From positions 1 to 21,680 of the forward strand of contig NZ_JAYKGW010000002.1 of NCBI RefSeq assembly GCF_035285525.1: a stretch of 21,680 nucleotides of DNA, in the 5' to 3' direction. Positions 1 to 7,767 of the stretch are shown here, piece after piece. The number at the start of each line of letters is the position of its first letter. Position 1 is the stretch's first letter. The position numbers were made by a program, and so were the translations under genes. The notes under the pieces were generated by a model. It worked only from the letters and a program-made list of their open reading frames with translations. It was not told the DNA's origin and made no database searches. The DNA comes from Okeania sp. (GTDB taxonomy: Bacteria; Cyanobacteriota; Cyanobacteriia; Cyanobacteriales; Microcoleaceae).

Positions 1-127
1 TCGCGACGTAACTCCTGAACTATTAAAGGACTTACAAGGGAGGTACTATATATAGAGTTTTTTAACTATTACGCATGGGGTTAAAAGCACTATATCTAGA
101 GTCGCGACGTAACTCCTGAACTATTAA
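1..127 (+). repeat. Direct repeat with 101-bp period: 1-26 is identical to 102-127 (tcgcgacgtaactcctgaactattaa). It brackets one complete MITE-like copy, and the window opens inside a preceding copy.
   Basis: Read directly: 26/26 identity at offset 101. The first 16 nt are the right terminus of the MITE-like family A. The next 10 nt (gaactattaa) flank the complete copy on both sides. Confidence 0.8.
27..117 (+). mobile_element. MITE-like small repeat, family A, copy A1 (about 91 bp; termini aggacttac ... gtaactcct)
   Basis: Shares the core ggtactatatatagagtt..aactatt.c.tatgggg.t..aagcactat with 20978-21067 (same orientation) and 14117-14205 (inverted). It has imperfect terminal inverted repeats and no coding capacity. 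Confidence 0.65.
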
Positions 128-186
128 TTATTAATTATTAATTATTAATTATTAATTATTAATTATTAATTATTAATTATTAACTA
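124..186. repeat. Tandem heptamer array TTAATTA, 8 perfect units plus 1 variant (STRR-type)
   Basis: Period-7 repetition read directly from 124 onward; the last unit is ttaacta. Confidence 0.95.
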
Positions 187-301
187 TCCATCTATACTTG
201 AAATCTTAAAAAAAACCTTCAGTAGAAATAGTCACAAAAAAACGCTTGTAATCTAGAGATGGTACTTAAAATTAGAAAAAAAGTCAACCGGGTAAAAATT
301 T

Positions 302-1723
302 ATGGGACAGCAAAAATTTGGTGTTATAGGTCTAGCTGTAATGGGAGAAAACCTAGCTCTCAATGTAGAACGTAATGGTTTCCCCATCTCGGTATATAAT
401 CGCAGTAGTGATAAAACAGAAAGATTTATGGCAGAACGGGCAGTAGGAAAAAATGTTCATGCTGCTTATACAATAGAAGATTTTGTTCAATCCCTGGAAA
501 GACCTCGTAGAATCCTGGTTATGGTAAAAGCAGGAGGACCAGTTGATAAGGTTATTGAACAACTCAAGCCCCTCCTAGATAAGGATGATATGATTATTGA
601 CGGTGGTAACTCTCTCTACGAAGATACAGAACGCCGTACTAAAGATTTAGAATCCACTGGATTAGGTTTCATGGGAATGGGAGTTAGTGGTGGTGAAGAG
701 GGTGCTTTGTGGGGGCCTAGTTTAATGCCTGGTGGTACAGAGGGTTCTTACAAAGAATTAGAACCAATTTTAACTAAAATAGCTGCTCAAGTTGATGATG
801 GTCCTTGTGTCACCTATATTGGTCCTGGTGGAGCTGGTCATTATGTGAAAATGGTACACAATGGCATTGAATATGGCGATATGCAGTTAATTGCTGAAGC
901 TTATGATTTGTTGAAAAATGCTGTAGGTATTAGTAATGAACAACTCCATGAAATTTTTGCTGAGTGGAACAAGACTCCAGAGTTGGAATCTTTCTTAATT
1001 GAAATTACAGCGGATATTTTTACCAAGAAAGATACTGAGACTAGCAACCATTTGCTTGACATGATTCTTGACTCTGCTGGACAGAAAGGTACAGGAAAAT
1101 GGACGGTTATTGAAGCTTTGCAGTTGGGTGTGGCTATTCCGACTATTACGGCGGCTGTTAATGGTAGAATTATGTCTGGTCTGAAGGATGAACGTGTGGT
1201 TGCTGCTAAAGAATTGACTGGTCCGACTGGTAAGTATGAAGGTGATACCCAAGCTATGGTGAATAAGGTGCGGGATGCTTTGTATTGTTCTAAGATTTGT
1301 TCTTATGCTCAGGGGATGGCGTTGTTAGCTAAGGCATCTCAGGAGTTTAATTATAATTTGAATTTGGGTGAGTGTGCGCGGATTTGGAAAGGTGGTTGTA
1401 TTATTCGAGCTGGATTTTTGAATAAGATTAAGAAGGCTTTTGATGAAAATCCGAGTCTACCTAATTTATTATTAGCGCCAGAGTTTAAGCAGACTATTCT
1501 CGATCGCCAAGATGCTTGGCGAGAAGTTGTTAGTTTAGCAGCTCAGTTAGGGATACCTGTTCCTGCTTTTAGTGCTTCTTTAGATTATTTTGATAGTTAT
1601 CGTCGGGCAACTTTGCCTCAAAACTTGACTCAAGCTCAACGGGATTATTTTGGCGCTCACACTTATGAGCGGATTGATAAGCCTCGTGGTGAGTTCTTCC
1701 ATACTGAATGGCCGACTAAGTAA
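302..1723 (+). CDS. gnd: 6-phosphogluconate dehydrogenase, decarboxylating
   Basis: 473-aa ORF with an N-terminal Rossmann motif ([13 protein letters not shown]). Family-typical stretches include [45 protein letters not shown] and [14 protein letters not shown]. No competing ORF. Confidence 0.97.
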   Translation: MGQQKFGVIGLAVMGENLALNVERNGFPISVYNRSSDKTERFMAERAVGKNVHAAYTIEDFVQSLERPRRILVMVKAGGPVDKVIEQLKPLLDKDDMIIDGGNSLYEDTERRTKDLESTGLGFMGMGVSGGEEGALWGPSLMPGGTEGSYKELEPILTKIAAQVDDGPCVTYIGPGGAGHYVKMVHNGIEYGDMQLIAEAYDLLKNAVGISNEQLHEIFAEWNKTPELESFLIEITADIFTKKDTETSNHLLDMILDSAGQKGTGKWTVIEALQLGVAIPTITAAVNGRIMSGLKDERVVAAKELTGPTGKYEGDTQAMVNKVRDALYCSKICSYAQGMALLAKASQEFNYNLNLGECARIWKGGCIIRAGFLNKIKKAFDENPSLPNLLLAPEFKQTILDRQDAWREVVSLAAQLGIPVPAFSASLDYFDSYRRATLPQNLTQAQRDYFGAHTYERIDKPRGEFFHTEWPTK

Positions 1724-1743
1724 TTCTTTTTCTGTAAAAGTTA

Positions 1744-1778
1744 GGCGATCGCTCTTTGGTTTTATAGAGGCGATCGCC
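1744..1778 (+). terminator. Hairpin built from two HIP1 sites downstream of gnd; candidate intrinsic terminator
   Basis: ggcgatcgctct (1744-1755) pairs with agaggcgatcgcc (1766-1778) with one bulge and a 10-nt loop. It is followed by attctgaattatttt and starts 21 nt after the gnd stop. Confidence 0.5.
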
Positions 1779-1803
1779 ATTCTGAATTATTTTCGAGATA
1801 TAT

Positions 1804-2830
1804 TAGAGTTGTTGGGAAATAACTTAGGTTAGAGAAAATGAAAACTTAAACCGAGGAATTTTGGTTAGTGACTTTGCTATTTATGCTGCTATCAGGTATA
1901 AGTTCCATAACCCAGTTGCTGTTAACATTAATTTGTCATCAAAATCATTCTTGTGATTACGGTAAATCTGATTAACAGCCCCATAACGTTTGACACCTGC
2001 AAAAGCATTTTCACATATCACCCTAGATTGACTCAATTTCCGATTTTCCAGGCGTTGCTGTTCACTTAATTCTCCCCCTTTTGGTTTTTTATGGGGTATG
2101 CAGATATTTTCATACTGATGTTGAATACCTTGAAACCCACTATCCACTTCAATTGGTATTTCCACAGGTATATTTCCTATCAACTTTTCTTGGTCATGGA
2201 GTTTTTTGTCATGTAACTTTCCCTCTCTTGCTTGAGTTAACACCAACACTTGCTTATTTTGGTCTACTGCTGCTAGATGTTTGCGGGTATGACGCTTTTT
2301 TTTTCCTGAATAATTCAGTTTTGGTTTTTCTGAGTCAGTCGGCCGTTGTACTGGCCGCTGAAGTGCCATCCATTACTACTCGTTCTACTCCAGGAAAACG
2401 CTCTATAAATGCTTGAACGCTGTTGATTTTACGCTCTGGTAGTACCTTTTTTTCTCCCAATGCTGCTTCTAAAACAGGCTGTAAACGATGAACCCAATGA
2501 TGTGCCTGGCTGCGGTCTATGTCAAACAAGATACTAGCTAAATCAAAGGTGGGGTAACATTTCAAGTAGAAGAGAACATAAAATAATTTGTCTTCCACAC
2601 TCCGTAAACGAGCCTTACGGCCTCCTCCAAAAGAGCGCTGACGAGGTTTGCCTCTCAATGTTTGCTCATATACCTCAGTAAAGGTTGAGAGCAAGGATTG
2701 AAATGCTTTACGATTTAAGGAATGTTAATGCTCTGAGTAACCTATCTTGTTTTAAAGCCCGTTTAATATTTAGCATTCAAGTTGGCCAATTTTTTCTTAA
2801 CTTATTTTACCTTATTTCCCAACAACTCTA
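1804..2830 (-). mobile_element. IS5-family insertion sequence (DDE_Tnp_4 / Harbinger-like transposase), about 1027 bp, transposase inactivated
   Basis: Perfect 19-bp terminal inverted repeats: tagagttgttgggaaataa at 1804-1822 and its reverse complement at 2812-2830. The outermost TA on each side could instead be a TA target duplication. The element encloses the two transposase ORF halves. Confidence 0.85.
1881..2694 (-). pseudogene. IS5-family DDE transposase split by a frameshift (ORFs 2335-2694 and 1881-2369)
   Basis: The N-terminal half has an HTH_Tnp_4-like segment (FYVLFYLKCYPTFDLASILFDIDRSQAHHWVHRL) and ends in VVMDGT. The other frame continues QRPVQRPTDSEKPKLNYSGKKKRHTRKH, then DSGFQG and VICENAFAGVKRY (DDE triad). 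The frames switch at about 2355-2365. The upstream half starts with TTG and has no ATG. Confidence 0.85.
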
Positions 2831-2842
2831 TTGTAAATTCTA

Positions 2843-2943
2843 CGCGAGCTAGAAGCACGTTTCCCGAAAAATCGCACTGTGGAGCATTTTAATTATTGAT
2901 TGTTCGCGAGCTGGAAGCACGGTTCCCGAAAAATCGCACTGTG
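2843..2943 (+). repeat. Two tandem units (62-bp period) of a 39-bp core cgcgagctRgaagcacgKttcccgaaaaatcgcactgtg; a degenerate third unit follows at about 2979-3005
   Basis: 2843-2881 versus 2905-2943 are identical at 37 of 39 positions. The spacers also resemble each other (attttaatKatt). The core acggttcccgaWaaat recurs at 15169-15184. Confidence 0.8.
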
Positions 2944-2992
2944 AGAAATTTTAATGATTATGAAAATATCGGAATTTGTAGCATTTCCCAAG

Positions 2993-3050
2993 AAGCGTGA
3001 GGTACAGATATTAATAATTAAATTTTATCGCGCGGGTGCACCTCACGCTT
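2993..3050. repeat. Inverted repeat (11-bp perfect arms aagcgtgaggt / acctcacgctt, AT-rich 36-nt loop) just downstream of the Y1 transposase pseudogene
   Basis: Arms at 2993-3003 and 3040-3050, read directly. The repeat lies 12 nt from the pseudogene stop codon. It may be a subterminal hairpin of an IS200-like element. Confidence 0.55.
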
Positions 3051-3061
3051 GGTGAAGTCTG

Positions 3062-3511
3062 CTATAAATTTCTGTCTAATTCCCACAAAAAAGGATATTC
3101 TTCTGGTGTATTTACTAATTTAGCTTTAACTGGGTTTTGCCTAATGTATTTCCAGGAATTTATCATTTCTTTTTGACTTTTTATTAATCTCTCATGTCAT
3201 CCATCTTGCCAAACTTTGCCAATGTGATTCATAACTTTAGAAATTTGGTTAGCACTATAACTTTTAGTGCTAGGCATAATGCTTCCAATTGACCAATATT
3301 CTGATTCTTGTTTTAGAAAAGGTACAATTAAACAATGTACATGGTCTGGCATAATTACAAGGGTGAAAATTTGATACCTTTGTTGATGAAAAAATAGAAA
3401 TGAATTTAAAACAATTTCTCGTGCTTTTGGGGTTAATTATAATCTTTCCCAGGTGACAAATGTGATAAAATAAACAGGTTTTATAAATTGAAATTCCGGA
3501 TATTTTTCCAT
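3062..3511 (-). pseudogene. HUH / Y1 tyrosine transposase (IS200-IS605 TnpA or RAYT-like), 149 codons, with two in-frame stop codons
   Basis: Manual translation of one continuous minus-strand frame gives MEKYPEFQFIKPVYFITFVTWERL*LTPKAREIVLNSFLFFHQQRYQIFTLVIMPDHVHCLIVPFLKQESEYWSIGSIMPSTKSYSANQISKVMNHIGKVWQDG*HERLIKSQKEMINSWKYIRQNPVKAKLVNTPEEYPFLWELDRNL*. The HUH motif is HVH. The stops are TAA at 3437-3439 and TGA at 3197-3199. This gene is not in the ORF track because of those stops. Confidence 0.8.
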
Positions 3512-3584
3512 AATTTTGATAGTGATTTTTTCCACTCAGTGCGATTTTTAATGAAGTATAAGGTACAGATGAAAATATTGTAGT

Positions 3585-3601
3585 GCGGGAATCTTGCCCG
3601 C
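3585..3601 (-). terminator. Short GC hairpin (gcggg-N7-cccgc) about 55 nt downstream of the CHAT gene stop and upstream of the Y1 pseudogene
   Basis: The minus strand reads GCGGGCAAGATTCCCGC followed by actacaatattttc. Only a 5-bp stem, so this is weak. It could instead be the other subterminal hairpin of an IS200-like element. Confidence 0.3.
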
Positions 3602-3654
3602 GATAAATATATCTCACAAGCAACGGGAACACTATATTATCCATTATCCATTAT

Positions 3655-6309
3655 TTACAACCAATTTCCTACTAAAATAAAAGTTGACCAAAAATAAGGA
3701 TGCTTATATTCTGGATTTATTACTCCTGCTTGAGCGTCCTGGAAAATTTGTTGTTGCGCTCGACGCAAAGCTTCTGCTTTAGTAATTTCTGGATTTGCTA
3801 ACTGCTGATAAAAATTTTTCATCAACATCGCAGTTGCTTCATCACTCACATACCACAGACTGGCAATGGTACTCCTTGCACCCGCTCTCACTGAGATTCC
3901 TGCTAAACCCAATGTAGCTCGGTTATCTCCGGTAGCGGTACGACAAGCACTCAAAACTAATAATTCTATCGGACGAGTTTGTTGAGTACCCGATTTAATC
4001 ATATTTCGTAATTCCTCAACATCAATTTCGTCATCCCAAGTCAAAATAAAAGTATCCTCAGCATTAGAACTAAATTCGCCGTGGGTAGCAATATGAATTA
4101 CTTGATAGGCATTATTAACAACTTCGTTATTAGTTTCCTCTTTTGTAAAAGACTCATTAAGTAAAATTTCACTAGAAGTTTGATTTTGAATATCTTCTAA
4201 TTCTTTTCTCACATTTGGTAGTGCTGGCCAACCTCGAATACTTTCAGTTATTCCCATAGCCAATACTTCCAATTTTTGTCGTGTTAATGGTTTAGGATCT
4301 ATTAACTCCAGACCAGGAGCGATCGCTACATTATACTTTTGACCTAAATATTTCTCACCATCATAAAGACTCGCCAAAGGAATATTACGCAAGCTTCCTT
4401 CTAAGATAAATACTAAAGTTTTAATTTCATTAACTTCTAATTTTTTTTCAATAGGATTAATTAACCAGTTATAGATTTTTTCCGCAGGTTGCCAATACTT
4501 TTTAGGAAAGATTCGTTCTTTAGGAATTGTCAGAAAATTTAACAATGTTTCAACTGTTAAATCTACTTCTTCTTTTGATATTTTTGTTGCGTAATGAACT
4601 AGAGGTTGTCCTGGTATAGCTAAAATTACCGCCAGGCGATCGCTCAAAACAATTGTATAGAAAATAGCTGCATTTTTATCTAGATTATCAATTTCTACTG
4701 GTTGAGCATCTAAACAAGAATTTCGGAAAAAGTTATCTAGTTCAGCTAACTGCAAACCTTCAATTACTTTTCGTGCTTTTATCAAGTTTTTTTGACTAAT
4801 AATAGTTTGTTGGTCAGACTCAGAAGGTTCTAAAAGTAACTCTACTAACTCACGATAAATTGGTTCGAGAGTATCTAGAAAATCAAACTTTAATTCTGAA
4901 CTTGCCGCAATTATATCACCCCGCAAATCCTGAATATTTTCTATTGCTTGAGAATAAGCTAATATAGCCTCCTCTTTATTTTTATTAGCTGTTAAAATTC
5001 GACCTAACTGCCATTTTAATTTATAAATAATATCAACAGCATTAATACTTTGAGCTAAATTTAATGCTTTTTCTGTTAACTGTTTTGCCTCTTGCCATTG
5101 TTGATTATACTCATATAATTTTCCCAAATTACCTAAAGCATAAGATTCGGCTCTTGTGTCTCCTAAGTTTCTTGCTTGTTGAACTGCTTTTACCAAATAA
5201 TCAGCTATTTTGGCTGTCGAATATAATGGTTCATTATTGCTATTTGCTAATACTATTTTTTGCGATTTTATTAAACTTTGAGCGAGATTAATTCTTGCAT
5301 AAATAGAAGTTTGAGAAATTGGTAACTGATTCAATAAACTATCAATATTTTTGACTGATTTTATCGCAGAGACATATTTATCTTTTTCTACAAATAAGTT
5401 TAATAGATTCAGCATTGCTTGAATTTTAATTTCTGCTACAGGAGATTTATCTATAGCTTGTTGATAAAATGAATTAGCAGCTTCATAATTTTCTAGAAGT
5501 GTATATGTATTTCCTAAACTAATTAAAATTATCCCTATCTCTTCTGAAGCTTTTAAATTTTCTGCTATTGTCAAACTCAACTCTAAAACTTCTATAGATT
5601 GTTTTATTTTACCTATTCCTCGCAGTACATCACCTAAACTTTGTAATGCTTTTGCCTTAATAATAGTATCTGGTTGGTATTGCAAATTTTGGCTAACTGT
5701 TTCTAATTGTTTCCGTGCTTGAGAATATAAACCCAATGCTTGTAAAGCCTGAACTTGATTAATATAACTACGAGTTAAACCTAAATAATCTTTAATTTTT
5801 TGATAATTTTCACTAGCTTTTTTCCAAATATTTAAAGCTGCTTCTGATTGACCTGTAGATAATAGTAACTGACCTTTTACATCTAAAACACTAGCAGTAA
5901 TTTGTGCTATTTTGTGATGATTTGATATTTTGGTAATTAGATTTAAACAGCGATTAATTTCTGCTTCTGAATTTTCCCACTTCCCTAATTTTAAATAAAC
6001 CAAACTTAAATTTCTGAGCGCTCTTATCTGACTATAATCATCATCTTTATTTGCATAACTCTTAATAGCTGCCTCTAACAAAGGAATACTTGCAGAAAAA
6101 TTTCCTTTTTGAAAAAAATGTTGTGCTTTTTCTTCTAAGGTACTCTCCAAAAAAGTCGATACTTGAGTTAATACATCCCAACTGATTTCGTTTTTTTTTA
6201 CTAAATTATTGTGGAACTCAATAGCTTGAACTTGTTTAATAGAAATTCCCAAAATTAGGGTAGAATGCAAAACAAAAAAGACATAAGAAAAAAAGCACAT
6301 TTTAAACAT
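3655..6309 (-). CDS. TPR-repeat CHAT-domain protein (caspase-like protease) with a signal-peptide-like or anchor N-terminus
   Basis: 884-aa ORF with a hydrophobic N-terminus (MFKMCFFSYVFFVLHSTLILGISIKQVQA). Roughly 500 aa of TPR-like helical repeats follow. The C-terminal CHAT region carries a His/Cys dyad context (VIHIATHGEF, LLVLSACRTATGD) and ends in HPYFWSTFILVGNW. Confidence 0.92.
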   Translation of the reverse strand: MFKMCFFSYVFFVLHSTLILGISIKQVQAIEFHNNLVKKNEISWDVLTQVSTFLESTLEEKAQHFFQKGNFSASIPLLEAAIKSYANKDDDYSQIRALRNLSLVYLKLGKWENSEAEINRCLNLITKISNHHKIAQITASVLDVKGQLLLSTGQSEAALNIWKKASENYQKIKDYLGLTRSYINQVQALQALGLYSQARKQLETVSQNLQYQPDTIIKAKALQSLGDVLRGIGKIKQSIEVLELSLTIAENLKASEEIGIILISLGNTYTLLENYEAANSFYQQAIDKSPVAEIKIQAMLNLLNLFVEKDKYVSAIKSVKNIDSLLNQLPISQTSIYARINLAQSLIKSQKIVLANSNNEPLYSTAKIADYLVKAVQQARNLGDTRAESYALGNLGKLYEYNQQWQEAKQLTEKALNLAQSINAVDIIYKLKWQLGRILTANKNKEEAILAYSQAIENIQDLRGDIIAASSELKFDFLDTLEPIYRELVELLLEPSESDQQTIISQKNLIKARKVIEGLQLAELDNFFRNSCLDAQPVEIDNLDKNAAIFYTIVLSDRLAVILAIPGQPLVHYATKISKEEVDLTVETLLNFLTIPKERIFPKKYWQPAEKIYNWLINPIEKKLEVNEIKTLVFILEGSLRNIPLASLYDGEKYLGQKYNVAIAPGLELIDPKPLTRQKLEVLAMGITESIRGWPALPNVRKELEDIQNQTSSEILLNESFTKEETNNEVVNNAYQVIHIATHGEFSSNAEDTFILTWDDEIDVEELRNMIKSGTQQTRPIELLVLSACRTATGDNRATLGLAGISVRAGARSTIASLWYVSDEATAMLMKNFYQQLANPEITKAEALRRAQQQIFQDAQAGVINPEYKHPYFWSTFILVGNWL

Positions 6310-6326
6310 AAAACCCTATAATCTTT

Positions 6327-6914
6327 CTAGATTTCCAAGTACCGAAATAAAATCAAATAAAACCCAGGTAATATCTTTTCACCAGACAACCTTGTAGGCA
6401 AATTTTGCACTTCCACATCTTGTTCTCGGCGATAAATTTCTACCTCCTGGTCTTGGGGATTAATCAACCACCCTAATAACACCCCTGCATCCATATATTC
6501 CTGCATTTTTGAACGTAGTCTTTTAATATTATCAGTTGCTGACCTTAGTTCCAAAACAAAATCTGGCGCAATGGGAGGAAATGTACGTCTTTCTTCTATT
6601 GTCAAAGATTCCCAACGGTCTTTACCAATCCAAGCTGCATCTGGAGAGCGGTCACTACCATTAGGCAACTTAAATATACTAGAAGAACTGAATGCATAAC
6701 CCAGACCAGTTTGTCTATTCCAGATGACCAAATCTGCAATTAGGTCAGCTTCTCTATTACCACTTTCACCTCCAACGGGAGACATAATAATTAATTCTCC
6801 TTGAGTATTACGTTCTAATTTTAATTCCCGATTATTTTGACATATATCATAAAACTGTTCGTCACTTATTTTAATGGTGTCTAAATTTAATATTAAAACA
6901 TTCATAATTTTCAC
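6327..6914 (-). CDS. Uma2-family (DUF820) PD-(D/E)xK-like putative endonuclease
   Basis: 195-aa ORF with family-typical segments: ELIIMSPVGGESGNREADLIADLVIWN, RSPDAAWI, PDFVLELRSATD and VLLGWLINPQDQEVEIY. Its stop lies 17 bp upstream of the CHAT start on the same strand. Confidence 0.9.
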   Translation of the reverse strand: MKIMNVLILNLDTIKISDEQFYDICQNNRELKLERNTQGELIIMSPVGGESGNREADLIADLVIWNRQTGLGYAFSSSSIFKLPNGSDRSPDAAWIGKDRWESLTIEERRTFPPIAPDFVLELRSATDNIKRLRSKMQEYMDAGVLLGWLINPQDQEVEIYRREQDVEVQNLPTRLSGEKILPGFYLILFRYLEI

Positions 6915-6942
6915 CTATTTTTAATTTTAATAAAACTCTAGT

Positions 6943-6991
6943 AATAGGGAATAGGGAATAGGGAATAGGGAATAGGAAATAGGAAATAGGG
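6943..6991. repeat. Tandem heptamer array AATAGGG (7 units, two of them the variant AATAGGA)
   Basis: Period-7 repetition read directly, 29 bp upstream of the Uma2 start codon. Confidence 0.95.
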
Positions 6992-7032
6992 AACAAAGAT
7001 TCGTAGCCAACATTTATCATGCCTGATATTAT

Positions 7033-7216
7033 ACCATTTCCCAAAAAGAATGCTATATCTGATTGGGTAGAGAAGTCTGGTTTGTGTCGTCGATGTGGGA
7101 AGAAGAAAAGCAGGAAAAATAATTACTAACCAATAATTGTCAAAAACAGACTTTTAATCTTCGTAATTATTGACTTTTGAAATATGGCTCAAGTATAGGA
7201 TTACTTTTGGTAATTG
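7033..7216 (-). repeat. Dispersed repeat of about 185 bp, copy 1 (inverted relative to 19431-19620)
   Basis: The reverse complement aligns by eye with 19431-19620 at roughly 85-90 percent identity, with one 4-nt indel. Shared strings include caattaccaaaagt, ccatatttcaa.agtcaataattac.aagattaaaagtct, tttgacaattatt and cccaatcagatatag.attctttttg.gaaatggt. Confidence 0.8.
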
Positions 7217-7585
7217 CTATTACACATCTCCAGAAAAGAATAAGCAGGGAAGTTCCATAGAACATTTCTACAGAGCAGAAGAAAAGAATAGATAATTTAT
7301 CAGAGATAATTGATGGAATTTTTGATTATTGAATATATCTATTTCTCTAGATTTCCAAGTATTGAAATAAACTCAAAGAAAATTCAGAAGATTTTTAATT
7401 TTAATAAAACTTACTATTACACATCTCCAGAAAAGAGTAAGTAGGAAAGCTCCATAGAACATTTCTACAGAGCAGAAGAAAAGAATAGATAATTTATCAG
7501 AGATAATTGATGGAATTTTTGATTATTGAATATATCTATTTCTCTAGATTTTCAAGTATTTAGATAAACTCAAATAAAATTCAGA
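7217..7585. repeat. Direct duplication with 197-bp period (7217-7388 versus 7414-7585, about 93 percent identical); each unit ends in a Uma2 3'-end relic
   Basis: Both units start ctattacacatctccagaaaag and run through ...gataatttatcagagataattgatggaatttttgattattgaatatatctatttctctagatttYcaagtatt. Read directly. Confidence 0.9.
7347..7411 (-). pseudogene. Uma2 gene relic: the last ~13 codons plus stop, fused directly to a Uma2 5' leader (the ORF body is deleted)
   Basis: The minus strand reads ...SEFSLSLFQYLEI* compared with the intact ...PGFYLILFRYLEI*. The adjoining 21 nt atttttaattttaataaaact (7391-7411) are identical to 6917-6937, just upstream of the intact Uma2 ATG. Confidence 0.65.
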
Positions 7586-7625
7586 TAAAACATTTTCACC
7601 AAATAACTTGGTCGTTAAACTATCA
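7544..7625 (-). pseudogene. Uma2 gene relic: the last ~25 codons plus stop
   Basis: The minus strand reads ...SLTTKLFGENVLSEFYLSLSKYLKI* compared with the intact ...NLPTRLSGEKILPGFYLILFRYLEI*. Upstream it runs into an unrelated repeat. Confidence 0.6.
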
Positions 7626-7689
7626 ATTCTTTCTTCCTGTTCCCACATATCTAGTGTTCCCTGTTCCCTATTTTCTGGAGATGTCTAAT
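7618..7689 (+). repeat. Small dispersed element, copy E1: actatcaattctttctt - heptamer-like filler - ttttctggagatgtctaat
   Basis: The same two ends are seen at 15206-15263 (same orientation) and 18960-19029 (inverted). The internal filler differs in heptamer content between copies. Confidence 0.65.
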
Positions 7690-7767
7690 AGTAAAGCTTT
7701 TATCGCCAGCTAAAAACTATAGCTGATAGCTGACGGCTGAATGCTTACGTTATTAATTATCATTATT

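Noticed and set aside
248-265. NtcA-like GTA...TAC upstream of gnd
   Set aside because: The spacing is 12 nt rather than the required 8 nt (GTA-N8-TAC).
2843-2943. Possible CRISPR array (39-bp repeats separated by 23 bp)
   Set aside because: There are only two good units. The spacers are short and similar to each other, so the whole 62 bp is the repeat unit. There is no resemblance to repeats with a terminal GAAAC-type motif, and no cas genes are in the window.
3494-3499. TCCGGA, the DIF-type heterocyst-specific promoter motif
   Set aside because: It lies inside the Y1 pseudogene reading frame (codons Y-P-E-F). No -10 hexamer sits at a suitable distance on either strand. A 6-mer palindrome is expected by chance.
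3270-3644. Listed 124-aa ORF on the minus strand
   Set aside because: It has no recognisable motifs and lies out of frame over the Y1 transposase pseudogene (3062-3511), whose own frame shows clear HUH-family signatures. The listed ORF is open only because the region is AT-rich and the real frame carries stops.
7019-7129. 36-codon basic, Cys-containing small ORF (MPDIIPFPKKNAISDWVEKSGLCRRCGKKKSRKNNY) inside the 185-bp dispersed repeat
   Set aside because: The second repeat copy keeps the frame and stop but has no start codon. The two copies differ by about 9 non-synonymous versus 2 synonymous changes in 31 shared codons. There is no sign of purifying selection for a peptide.
7217-7346. Short ORF MFYGTSLLILFWRCV... 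on the minus strand of the 130-bp module downstream of the Uma2 relics
   Set aside because: The two copies diverge mostly by non-synonymous changes and end differently. The peptide is produced by the recurrent tagacatctccagaaaag repeat motif.
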